Shown here: positions 37,931 to 46,604 of the stretch, piece by piece | Position numbering within the stretch: position 1 is the first letter of the stretch | How the letters are laid out: every line of letters begins with the position of its first letter | Assembly (NCBI GenBank): GCA_052035095.1 | Contig: JBPOHW010000004.1 | Coordinates: forward strand, 23,527 to 87,526 | DNA length: 64,000 nucleotides | DNA from: Candidatus Moraniibacteriota bacterium | GTDB taxonomy: Bacteria; Patescibacteriota; Minisyncoccia; Moranbacterales; UBA1568 | Direction of reading: 5' to 3' | The notes under the pieces: model-generated | What the model was told of the DNA's origin: nothing | What the model saw: only the letters and a program-made list of their open reading frames with translations | The model's database searches: none | Position numbers and translations under genes: made by a program

Positions 37931-38602
37931 AGGAGGTCACGGTGCTGCGGCCTCTTGCTTGGTGGCTTCACGAGCTCTTCAGTGATTGCCGGTTTGGCGA
38001 TGTGAAGTTTATGCTCATGAAGCCAGTGTGAATAACAACGTCTCGGAGACTTTCCAAGAGAAGGGGGATTTTTTTAATCCATTTTCCCCATCCTTCTTTG
38101 GAGAGTTTTTCTATGAAAATAACCTGTATCTCCGAGACGTATCCCTTTTGGGTTTCCGAAGTTTCGAAAACCCGGAATTGGTCGGGCGGTTATGAGCCAC
38201 GCTTCGCGCTTTTGGCTGCGTGGTATTGCGAATCCATAACCGCCCTTAATACTGCGCGAGGAATATGTCGTTGGGGTTGGGAACCCCGTTCCTCGTTTAT
38301 CGATCGAGTTTCTGTTACCAGAGTTTTTATTTTGAGTCGCTACCCTGGCGAGCGACTGATCCGGCCAAATTATGTCGTGCCGTTGTAACGCTTCATAAAG
38401 GGGATCCTTTGCGTCGTTTGACGACGAAGTAGATCGTGTTTTTCGAACTCGACAAACAAGTTATGCTATATCGAGGTATCGAAATTCCTTGTGCCGTCGG
38501 CTTTCCTAAATCGTTCGCATGTTGTCATGCAAACTTTTCTGTTTTCGCTCGCCGCTACTTACAGGATTCAGACTTTCTTTCGGCATTGTTAAGGAACCTC
38601 TT
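37884..38602 (-). ncRNA. Candidate large (~720 nt) structured non-coding RNA
   Basis: No minus-strand ORF in the track; 10 or more stems; promoter upstream and U-tailed terminator downstream on the minus strand; contains AGUAGCGGCGAGCGAA. Confidence 0.7.
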
Positions 38603-38608
38603 AAACAT

Positions 38609-38637
38609 TTTCTACACTTCTTTTGTTTCCGTGTCAA
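38609..38637 (-). promoter_or_regulatory. Putative sigma70 promoter for the candidate ncRNA
   Basis: TTGACA-N17-TAGAAA on the minus strand, overlapping the stop codon of the upstream gene; -10 is imperfect. Confidence 0.5.
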
Positions 38638-39814
38638 GCGGGAGGGGATTTCGCCACTGCCAGGGGTGATTTGGCACTTTGAAAAATTCGGCGTTGTCGG
38701 GTGCGCTTTTTTCGAGTTTGTAGCGGAGAGACTGAACCGTTTTCCCTCGGGGGTCGCGGAGTTCGAGGTATTGGCGAGTGTTACCGAGAGTGAAGGCAGC
38801 GTATTTCGCGGTGAGTTTTTTTGAGGCGCCGGGTTTGATGACGAAGTCTTTGGTGATGGTGTGATTGACGAATTTCTTGGTCGTGCGTTTGGATTTGGTC
38901 GCGATTTTCCAGCCTTTCAAATTCACTTCTTTTTTGGAGCGATTTTCGATAACGAGGTATTCGTTTTTCGTGTCTTTTCCTTCGGGATTGGGGACGAGGG
39001 AAGTGACGCGGACTTTTGGCGCTTCATATTTTTTAATCTCGACGCGAAAGGTTTTGGTAATATCGGCGATGCCGTCGGTCGCGGTTAGGGTCACCGTGTA
39101 GCGTCCCTTCTTCGTGAAGGTGTGCGAAGTTTCTTTTATGTAGCTTCTGTGCCCATCGCCGAAATTCCAAGTAACCTTGGTTGGGTCGCGATCAAGGTCG
39201 GTGACTTTGGTCGAGAAGGAGAGGGGGATGCCGACGAAGCCTTGTTTTGGAATCTTGGTTTTCGTCGACGGGTCATTGCCGAAACGATTGATCTCGCCGG
39301 GTGTGAGGAATTTGGTGTTGCGCCACCGCGTGCCGTCTCGGGCGAGAGTGATGTTTTCGCGCGCGGTTTTCCAAGAAACGGAGTCTCTTGCGGCGTCGCA
39401 TGAATCTTCGAGCGTGACGGTTTCCGCGGTATTGTTCATCGCAAAAGTAAATTCGGTACGAAAGATGACCAGGAACGCGCCGGCGGAGATGGTTGTCCGC
39501 GTCGGAAACGAAAATTTTCCGGTTTTGGAGGCGTCACGAAGCGTCCATCCGGAGATATCGATGTCGTTTTCGCTTGTATTTTCGAGCTCGATGAACTCGC
39601 CTCGCGACTCATCTCCCGTTGGATTCGCCAGTACTTCGGAGAGGAGGATACGATGAATGGTGTTTCCGCACCGCTCTTGGTTATCTTGATTCTCTGCCCG
39701 GGATATTGCCGGGGACGCAAGTGCGATCGTTCCGAGGAGAAGGAATGCGGTCGCTCGTATTTGAATGTGTCGTACCAATTGTATGGAGAATTTCGGTTGG
39801 TGAGGCTGAGACAT
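38612..39814 (-). CDS. Secreted lamin-tail-domain (LTD)-PKD-LTD protein
   Basis: Signal peptide; LSEVLANP...EFIELEN...DISGWTLRD; WNFGDG...HTF...GRYTVTLT; second LTD. Start inferred from promoter at 39871-39898. Confidence 0.85.
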   Translation of the reverse strand: MSQPHQPKFSIQLVRHIQIRATAFLLLGTIALASPAISRAENQDNQERCGNTIHRILLSEVLANPTGDESRGEFIELENTSENDIDISGWTLRDASKTGKFSFPTRTTISAGAFLVIFRTEFTFAMNNTAETVTLEDSCDAARDSVSWKTARENITLARDGTRWRNTKFLTPGEINRFGNDPSTKTKIPKQGFVGIPLSFSTKVTDLDRDPTKVTWNFGDGHRSYIKETSHTFTKKGRYTVTLTATDGIADITKTFRVEIKKYEAPKVRVTSLVPNPEGKDTKNEYLVIENRSKKEVNLKGWKIATKSKRTTKKFVNHTITKDFVIKPGASKKLTAKYAAFTLGNTRQYLELRDPRGKTVQSLRYKLEKSAPDNAEFFKVPNHPWQWRNPLPLDTETKEV

Positions 39815-39949
39815 AGGAGAGTTCGGTGAAATGCGGATGATTCGGGACTTCGGCATTTTTACTGTGCGGGATAGTAGCACTCATTTCGGGTTTGTCAATA
39901 AGCGTGCTATACTGCGAGTTGCATCGATGTAACGCGAAATATTTTTTGT

Positions 39950-40285
39950 ATGACTGAAACGCAAAAGGAATCAAAGAAAGAAGCGAGGTCGTCGTGGCTG
40001 TCGATTGTGCTCGATCTCGCGTTTCGGCACGCGCGGGAGATTGTAGGGGGCGCGCTCGCGATCGCGGGGACGATCGAGAACGACGTGCGCGCGTTTGTAG
40101 TCAAGTTTGTGCGGGATATGGTCTTGGGCATCGTGCTTCTCTTTATCGGGCTCGGGTTTATCGTGTTTGGTGTCGGCGTGATGCTGGTTGAGGTGCTTCA
40201 CTTGGGACCGTCCGCGGGACCGGTGGTGGTGGGCGTGTTTTTTGTCGCGATGGGTGCCATTGTTTTTTTGTTTTCTCGACGATAA
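39950..40285 (+). CDS. Small two-TM membrane protein (YqjE/holin-X-like)
   Basis: Two C-terminal hydrophobic helices; adjacent to a DUF883-like gene. Confidence 0.55.
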   Translation: MTETQKESKKEARSSWLSIVLDLAFRHAREIVGGALAIAGTIENDVRAFVVKFVRDMVLGIVLLFIGLGFIVFGVGVMLVEVLHLGPSAGPVVVGVFFVAMGAIVFLFSRR

Positions 40286-40295
40286 TTTTTTTGCA

Positions 40296-40464
40296 TCCGA
40301 ACTTTCGTATTTGTCACGTTCAGGAAATAGCTTCGGAGCTTGGTAGGTGAGTTTTTTCGTTACTGATGGAAATAACCTCCCAAAGAAACTTTCGCTTCAA
40401 GTATATTTGAGTTTGCTCGCTCCTCCGTGTATTTCCTTCTCTTAGACAAATACGAAAGTTCGGA
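40296..40464. ncRNA. Structured element family R2, copy B
   Basis: Perfect 20-bp terminal inverted repeat TCCGAACTTTCGTATTTGTC / GACAAATACGAAAGTTCGGA; core shared with copy A. Confidence 0.6.
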
Positions 40465-40497
40465 CTGTTCTAATTTTTAATTTTTTAAAAAAATCAT

Positions 40498-40734
40498 ATG
40501 AATGATTTTATGGATCGGGCGAAAAAGGAAGTGGATGAGGTGACTCGGCGGGCGAATGAGGCGAAGGAAGCCATCATCGAGAAGGCGGGAGACGTGAAGG
40601 ACGCGACGATGAAAAAGGTGGAAGAAGGCCGGGAATATGTGCAGAAGAATCCCGAGAAATCCGCCGGCATCGCGCTCGGTGTGGGCGCGCTTATCGGTGC
40701 TATTGTCGGGTTTTTCACAGGGAGAAGGAAGTGA
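40498..40734 (+). CDS. DUF883/YqjD/ElaB-like protein
   Basis: EYVQKNPEKSAGIALGVGALIG...RRK C-terminal anchor. Confidence 0.8.
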   Translation: MNDFMDRAKKEVDEVTRRANEAKEAIIEKAGDVKDATMKKVEEGREYVQKNPEKSAGIALGVGALIGAIVGFFTGRRK

Positions 40735-40848
40735 GGAGAGAATGAAGAATGGAGAATGGGGGATGGGTTTGTGAGGCGCGATGGGTCTTTTTCTTGATGT
40801 TTTCTAAAACCTTCTCTTCGGGGAAGGTTTTTGCTATGGTGGGAGTAT

Positions 40849-41763
40849 ATGGCGACTCTTTTCAAGAATCCGTGGGCGTGGCTTCTCGTATTGTTTTTGG
40901 TCATTGTGGCGGGGATGGGGCTGTGGCTGTTTGGAGGGAGATTTGAATCGGCGGAGCAGACAATATTCAATGAACAGGGAGCAATGAATAATGAACAGGG
41001 AGCAATGAACGATGGGCAGAAAGAGAGGAAGGAAGAAAAACAAGAGAAGCTTTCGGAGGAAATTTCGGAGGAGATTGTGAGGCAATTGGAAGAGGGAAAC
41101 GGGGTGCCGGGAGAGGATGGGGGGCAAAATGATCAATTACCAATTACCAATGATCAATCGGGAACGAAGAATGAGCGGGAAGTAGAGAGCAATGAACAGG
41201 GAATAGAGAACAATGAACAGGGAACGGTGGACAGGGAGAAGAATAATGAGGAAGGAGGGTTGGAAATTGAAAATCGAACATTGAAAATTCAGGATGTCAT
41301 TGTAAACCGATTGGTGTCGTGGGGGTTTGCGGAGATGAGTGGGAGAAAGATTGATACTATTGTGATCCACTCGACCTACAATGCGCTTGGGGGCGATCCG
41401 TTTTCGGTGGAGAAAATTATCGGTATCTACAAAAGCTATGGCGTGTCGCCACATTATTTGATAGCACGGGACGGGATGGTGTATCGATTGGTCGAGGAAA
41501 AGAGTGTCGCGTATCATGCTGGGGACTCCGTGATGTTGGATGGGCGAAAGAATGTGAACGATTTTTCAATCGGGATTGAAATTATCGGGAAAGATGATGG
41601 GAGTCCGAGCGACGAACAGTATGTGTCGCTCGAAAAGTTGATTGCTGATATTAAAAGTCGAAACGATATCAATCATGTTGTGGGTCACAGCGATATCGCG
41701 CCGGGACGGAAAACCGATCCGTGGGGATTTAAGTGGAAGGAAATTGGGGGGAAAGAGTTGTAA
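40849..41763 (+). CDS. N-acetylmuramoyl-L-alanine amidase (Amidase_2/AmpD-like) with TM anchor and repeat-derived linker
   Basis: IVIHST, VSPHYLI, AYHAG, NDFSIGIE and GHSDIAPGRKTDP motifs. Confidence 0.9.
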   Translation: MATLFKNPWAWLLVLFLVIVAGMGLWLFGGRFESAEQTIFNEQGAMNNEQGAMNDGQKERKEEKQEKLSEEISEEIVRQLEEGNGVPGEDGGQNDQLPITNDQSGTKNEREVESNEQGIENNEQGTVDREKNNEEGGLEIENRTLKIQDVIVNRLVSWGFAEMSGRKIDTIVIHSTYNALGGDPFSVEKIIGIYKSYGVSPHYLIARDGMVYRLVEEKSVAYHAGDSVMLDGRKNVNDFSIGIEIIGKDDGSPSDEQYVSLEKLIADIKSRNDINHVVGHSDIAPGRKTDPWGFKWKEIGGKEL

Positions 41764-41787
41764 GGGCGAATGATGATTCGCCCGTAC
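41760..41787. repeat. Single GTAG-like REP palindrome
   Basis: GTAAGGGCGAAT-GATG-ATTCGCCCGTAC overlapping the amidase stop codon. Confidence 0.6.
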
Positions 41788-41794
41788 CCGTTTT

Positions 41795-42103
41795 ATGGAT
41801 ACACAACAAAAATTTACTCTTCTTTTTCATGTCGAAGAAACAGCGACGGACGTTGTTTTGTCGCGTGGCGGAGAAGAAGTTGAGCGCGTGCGCATCGAGT
41901 CGAATCGGGAATTGCTGGAGAGAATTTTGCCGGCGATCGACGGGCTTCTTTTGAGGTGGAAGATTGCGCCGAGAGATGTTTCAGACATTCGTGTCGAATC
42001 GGAACTTCCGGACGGCTACTCGTCGCGGCGCATCGCCGAGACGGTCGCGAAGGCGTGGAAACTGGGACGCAATGAACAAGGAAAAATGAAGAATGTGGAA
42101 TGA
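41795..42103 (+). CDS. Short TsaB-like protein (N-terminal lobe only)
   Basis: ELLERILPAIDGLL...DVSDIRV...GYSSRRIAETVAKA resembles the TsaB N-domain (GSFTGLRIG region, degenerate). Confidence 0.55.
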   Translation: MDTQQKFTLLFHVEETATDVVLSRGGEEVERVRIESNRELLERILPAIDGLLLRWKIAPRDVSDIRVESELPDGYSSRRIAETVAKAWKLGRNEQGKMKNVE

Positions 42104-42196
42104 AGAATTGAGAATGTAGGGGAGTGGTATTGACAAGAAAAAGTTTTTCGGTTATTATTTTTTTAGTTTTCTTAACATAGGTCGGAGGAATTTCCA

Positions 42197-42502
42197 ATGA
42201 GCGATGCTTTCGTTGCGAATGACTTTGGAGAAATATCCTGGGTAGATACTCAGAACACTCCAGAGGTGCCTGTCGATGAAGTTCGTCTGTTCGAGGTTCT
42301 TTTTTCATGGAAGGGTGAAGATCATTGGCGGGAGATTCGCGCGCCGGACTTCAAACGGGCGATGGAAGAAGTGAAAAAGACAGTTGAGTTTCCGAAAGGA
42401 CTTGATTTTTATTCGTTGCACCGTGTTTCCGAGGATGGAGCATCTTATGATATGGGTGTTTCCATTCTGGTTGAGAGAAAAGAAGCTGATTATGATTCCT
42501 AG
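42197..42502 (+). CDS. Orphan hypothetical protein
   Basis: TTGACA-N17-TATTAT (42130-42158) and GGAGG RBS. Confidence 0.6.
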   Translation: MSDAFVANDFGEISWVDTQNTPEVPVDEVRLFEVLFSWKGEDHWREIRAPDFKRAMEEVKKTVEFPKGLDFYSLHRVSEDGASYDMGVSILVERKEADYDS

Positions 42503-42517
42503 TAACGGCGACTTGCC

Positions 42518-42715
42518 GTGATGAAGGAGATGATGGCGATGCCTCATAAGGTGAATGTTCAACAGCGTCGAAGATATTTTCGTGGCGTAGAGAATAAGAG
42601 AAAGAAGGGTGAGCGGAAGCTTGCGGAAAAATACACCACGCTTCCGGAAGTTTGTATTTCTCCTACCCATGCCCAAGAAAGATGGGAGCGCCAACAAGAG
42701 AACAAGGAAGAATAA
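42518..42715 (+). CDS. Small basic hypothetical protein
   Basis: AAGGAG before in-frame ATGs (true start may be 42530-42539); terminator at ~42736-42766. Confidence 0.45.
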   Translation: MMKEMMAMPHKVNVQQRRRYFRGVENKRKKGERKLAEKYTTLPEVCISPTHAQERWERQQENKEE

Positions 42716-42819
42716 TTTTCGAAACGGATTTTTCCAAAACGCCTAGCAGAGATGTCGGGCGTTTTTATTTTGGAATATTCCGGAAGGCCGTTTGCGGATG
42801 GCTGAATGCCGGTTTCCTT

Positions 42820-42848
42820 TTGACACTTCGCGGGCGAAACGATAGGAT
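42820..42848 (+). promoter_or_regulatory. Sigma70-type promoter of glyQS
   Basis: TTGACA-N17-TAGGAT. Confidence 0.65.
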
Positions 42849-42877
42849 GAGAGCAGATAAAAAATGTGAAAAATCCT

Positions 42878-44386
42878 ATGGACAAGGCGAAAATCACCAT
42901 GGACAAGATTGTGTCTCTCGCGAAGCGGCGGGGGTTTGTGTTTCCCGGGAGCGATATCTACGGGGGGCTTGCCAATTCGTGGGACTACGGTCCCTATGGG
43001 GCACAACTCAAGAAGAACATCAAGGACCACTGGTGGAAGACCTTTGTGGAGAGTCGCGATGATATGGTCGGGCTCGACGCGGCCATCATTATGAACCCGA
43101 AAGTGTGGGAAGCGAGCGGGCATATTTCGGGCTTCAATGACTTCCTCGTCGAGTGCAAAGAATGTCACGAGCGCATTCGTCCCGACCAGCACCTCGACGC
43201 GATCAATCAAAACGCGTTTATGCTCTCGTTTTCGGAGATGACCTTCAAAAGAATGGAAGTTGACAAAATGAAGCGCGAGGCGACGCCCGAATCGCCCGCC
43301 AATGAAGGAATGGTCCAAAAGTACGAGCATGATATCGAGAAGCTGGCGACTAAGGTTTTCGGGGCGCTTCGAACGATTCCGTGCCCTCATTGCGGCAAGA
43401 ACGAATGGTCGCATCCGACCCTCTTCAACCTTATGTTCAAGACGTTTATCGGGCCCGCCGAGGAGAGCGCCAATATCGCCTACCTTCGTCCCGAGACGGC
43501 GCAGGCGATGTTTGTTGATTTTCCGCTTGTCGCCGGTGTCGCGCGGAAACGCCTCCCCTTTGGTATCGCGCAGATCGGGAAGGCGTTCCGGAATGAAATT
43601 ACGCCGGGCAATTTCATTTTTCGCACGCGCGAATTCGAACAAATGGAAATAGAGTATTTCTTCGATTCCAAGAAAAAAGAATGGAACGAAGTTTTCGATT
43701 ACTGGCAGGGCGAAATGGAGTCGTGGATGCGGTCGGTCGGGATGGATATGGAGCGGGTGCATAAAACGGAAATTCCCGAAGCGGAACGCGCGCACTATTC
43801 GAGTCGAACGGTGGACTTTGAGTTTGACTACCCCTTTGGTCAAAAAGAATTGTTCGGACTCGCGTGTCGGACGGATTATGACCTCGGGCGTCACGCGAAG
43901 TTTTCGGGACGCGATATGTCATGGCAGGATCCGGAGACGAAGGAGAACGTCACGCCGTTTGTTGTTGAGCCGACCTTTGGTGTTGACCGCGGACTCCTGG
44001 CGATTTTGTTGTCGGCATATGATGAAGAGGTTGTTTCAAATGAACCGGGGAAAGAAGAGACTCGCACGGTGCTTCATCTCGCGAAGGCGATCGCGCCGGT
44101 CAAGGTGGCGGTCTTTCCGCTTATGAAGAATAGGCCGGAGCTTGTCGCCAAAGCGCGCGAGGTGTTTGATATCTTAAAGAAAGATGTCGTGTGCGAATTT
44201 GATGATAACGGCAATGTGGGGAAACGCTATCGCCGGCAAGACGAAATCGGGACGCCGTACTGCGTGACGATCGACTTTCAAACGCTTGACGATGGCACGG
44301 TGACGGTGCGCGACCGCGACACAATGAAACAAGATCGCGTCTCACTTGCCGATTTGGGAGACTACTTGTGGGAACATTTGAAGTAG
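42878..44386 (+). CDS. glyQS: Glycine--tRNA ligase, alpha2 type
   Basis: LAKRRGFVFPGSDIYGG, YLRPETAQ, GKAFRNEITPGNFIFRTREFEQME, GKRYRRQDEIGTP. Confidence 0.97.
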   Translation: MDKAKITMDKIVSLAKRRGFVFPGSDIYGGLANSWDYGPYGAQLKKNIKDHWWKTFVESRDDMVGLDAAIIMNPKVWEASGHISGFNDFLVECKECHERIRPDQHLDAINQNAFMLSFSEMTFKRMEVDKMKREATPESPANEGMVQKYEHDIEKLATKVFGALRTIPCPHCGKNEWSHPTLFNLMFKTFIGPAEESANIAYLRPETAQAMFVDFPLVAGVARKRLPFGIAQIGKAFRNEITPGNFIFRTREFEQMEIEYFFDSKKKEWNEVFDYWQGEMESWMRSVGMDMERVHKTEIPEAERAHYSSRTVDFEFDYPFGQKELFGLACRTDYDLGRHAKFSGRDMSWQDPETKENVTPFVVEPTFGVDRGLLAILLSAYDEEVVSNEPGKEETRTVLHLAKAIAPVKVAVFPLMKNRPELVAKAREVFDILKKDVVCEFDDNGNVGKRYRRQDEIGTPYCVTIDFQTLDDGTVTVRDRDTMKQDRVSLADLGDYLWEHLK

Positions 44387-44478
44387 TTTTTTCAGTAGGG
44401 CTATTTCTTGTTGTTTACAAAATATATACGAGAGAGTAAACTTGTATTGTTGGATTGATTATCCTGATATAGCGCCGT

Positions 44479-45309
44479 ATGGAAACAACGCAAGTCGCGA
44501 TCTTCAAGGAAAAGAAAGTTCGGAAAGTTCTCCATGGTGGCGAGTGGTGGTTTTCGGTGGTTGATGTTTGCGGGGTTTTGACGGACAGTATTGATGCCGG
44601 CTCGTACTGGCGGAAACTTAAGCAAAGACTTGAGGAAGAGGGGAGTGAAGTCGTGACATTTTGTCACAGGTTGAAGTTACTGGCACCGGACGATAAGATG
44701 CGTGAAACTGACTGCGCTGACCCGGAAGGGATTTTCCGTATTATCCAGTCCATTCCGTCGCCGAAAGCTGAGCCGTTCAAGCGGTGGCTTGCCAAAGTTG
44801 GCTATGAACGGGTGCAAGAAATAGAAAATCCGGAACTCGCGACCAAGCGAACTCGCATGCTCTACAAGTTGAAAGGCTATTCGGAAGATTGGATCGAGAA
44901 ACGCATGCGTGGCATCGCGATTCGCGAGGAGCTCACGGATGAATGGAAGAAGCGCGGCGCGCAGGAGCGGAGAGATTATGAAATTTTGACCGCGGAAATT
45001 TCCAAAGCGACGTTTGGCGTGACGCCGGGGCAGTACAAGAAATTGAAAGGTCTGAAACGCGAAAATTTACGCGATCACATGGATGATTTCGAATTGATTT
45101 TTTCCATGCTGGGAGAGCGATCGACGACGGAAATTCATCGAACGGAAAATTCTCGCGGTTTACCGAAATTGAAAGACGATGCTAGAGCCGGTGGCGCGAT
45201 CGCTGGCGGCGCGCGGAAACAACTCGAAAAGCGCCTCGGTCGCTCGGTAGTGTCGGAAAAGAATTTCAAACAGCTTCATAGAAGCCGAACAGAAAAGCTT
45301 CATTCCTGA
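44479..45309 (+). CDS. BRO-N domain (phage antirepressor-like) protein
   Basis: WWFSVVDVCGVL...YWRKLKQRL, RIIQSIPSPKAEPFKRWLA, ENLRDHM. Confidence 0.85.
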   Translation: METTQVAIFKEKKVRKVLHGGEWWFSVVDVCGVLTDSIDAGSYWRKLKQRLEEEGSEVVTFCHRLKLLAPDDKMRETDCADPEGIFRIIQSIPSPKAEPFKRWLAKVGYERVQEIENPELATKRTRMLYKLKGYSEDWIEKRMRGIAIREELTDEWKKRGAQERRDYEILTAEISKATFGVTPGQYKKLKGLKRENLRDHMDDFELIFSMLGERSTTEIHRTENSRGLPKLKDDARAGGAIAGGARKQLEKRLGRSVVSEKNFKQLHRSRTEKLHS

Positions 45310-45335
45310 TTCTTCATTCTTAATTCTGGTTTGTT

Positions 45336-46604
45336 ATGCACTACGAAAAAATTGTTTTGTCGAATGGGTTGCGGGTGATTTTGGCGCCGATGAAGGAAGC
45401 GCAGACGGTGACGGTGCTCATCACGACGGCGACGGGGTCGCGGTATGAGACCAAGAAAGAGAGCGGGCTTTCCCACTTTTTGGAGCATATGTTTTTTAAG
45501 GGGACGAAGAGGCGACCGACGGCGCTTTCGATTAGCGAGGAGCTTGACGGCGTGGGTGGGGAATACAATGCCTTTACCTCCAAGGATCGCACGGCGTACT
45601 ATGCCAAAGTCGACAAGAAGCATGCTGAAATGGCGCTCGATATCGTGAGTGACATTTTTCTCAACTCGACGCTTCCCGCGGAAGAGATCGATCGCGAGCG
45701 CGGCCCCATTTTGCAAGAGCTCAATATGTATGAGGATACACCGGTTCGGCATATCGGGGATGTATTCGAGATGCTCCTCTATGGAGAGCATCCTCTGGGA
45801 CGAGATATTATCGGGACGCGCGAAAATATCAAGCGATTCAAGCGCGCGGATTTTCTCCGCTATCTCAATCGCGCCTATGTCGCGTCCAATGTCGTGGTCG
45901 GTATCGCGGGGAATTTCGATGTCGCGTGGGCAAAGGAAATGATTGAGCGCGACTTTGCCGGAATGCGGACGGGAGAGAATCCGGAGCGGAAAGGAATTGT
46001 CGAGAAACAGACGTCACCCTCGGTATTTCTCCAGAACAAGAAAACCGATCAGACCCATTTCATCTTGGGAGTGCGCGCGTTTGATTTTTATCACGAGGAT
46101 CGGTACGCACTCGCGGTACTTTCCACTATCCTCGGGGGTGGTATGTCGAGCCGACTCTTTATGGCGGTTCGAGAGCGTCGCGGGCTTGCCTATAGCGTCC
46201 ACACGGGGACGGACGCGTATCACGATGCCGGGTACTTGGCGACCCAGTGCGGGGTCGAGCACGGAAATCTCGAGAAGACGGTCGCGGTTATTCTCGATGA
46301 GTATCGGCGCATTCGCGACGAGCTTGTTCCGGACAAGGAACTCCTCAAGGCGAAGGAACATATCAAAGGAAGTATGGCGATGCATCTTGAATCATCGGAT
46401 GATATCGTGGGGTACCTCGTGGACCAAGAAGCGCTCAAGAATGAAGTCGTACTGCCGGAAGAACGATTTGCAAAGATAGACGCGGTTTCGGTTCAAGATA
46501 TTCAGAGGGTCGCCCGTATGATTTTCCGTCCCGAACGACTCAATCTCGCCATTATCGGTCCGCAAAAGTCCGCGAAAAAGTTGGAGAAGATGCTTTCACT
46601 ATGA
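45336..46604 (+). CDS. M16 family zinc peptidase
   Basis: HFLEH (HxxEH), NAFTS, LGGGMSSRLF..VRE.RGLAY. Confidence 0.95.
   Translation: MHYEKIVLSNGLRVILAPMKEAQTVTVLITTATGSRYETKKESGLSHFLEHMFFKGTKRRPTALSISEELDGVGGEYNAFTSKDRTAYYAKVDKKHAEMALDIVSDIFLNSTLPAEEIDRERGPILQELNMYEDTPVRHIGDVFEMLLYGEHPLGRDIIGTRENIKRFKRADFLRYLNRAYVASNVVVGIAGNFDVAWAKEMIERDFAGMRTGENPERKGIVEKQTSPSVFLQNKKTDQTHFILGVRAFDFYHEDRYALAVLSTILGGGMSSRLFMAVRERRGLAYSVHTGTDAYHDAGYLATQCGVEHGNLEKTVAVILDEYRRIRDELVPDKELLKAKEHIKGSMAMHLESSDDIVGYLVDQEALKNEVVLPEERFAKIDAVSVQDIQRVARMIFRPERLNLAIIGPQKSAKKLEKMLSL

Noticed and set aside
37884-38602. rRNA fragment, tmRNA, RNase P or group II intron as identity of the structured region
   Set aside because: Only the 16-nt helix-13 core resembles rRNA. 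No tRNA-like ends, no GAGGAAAGUCC and no domain V seen by eye. A covariance search is still needed.
37771-38669. Short plus-strand ORFs (69-96 aa) across the candidate ncRNA
   Set aside because: Overlapping, mostly non-ATG starts and no protein-like motifs; the dense base pairing explains the region better.
42720-42877. T-box upstream of glyQS
   Set aside because: The predicted promoter lies ~30 nt before the start and no T-box sequence is present; the hairpin is the upstream terminator.
44479-45309. Prophage suggested by the BRO-N gene
   Set aside because: Isolated gene with no other phage functions.
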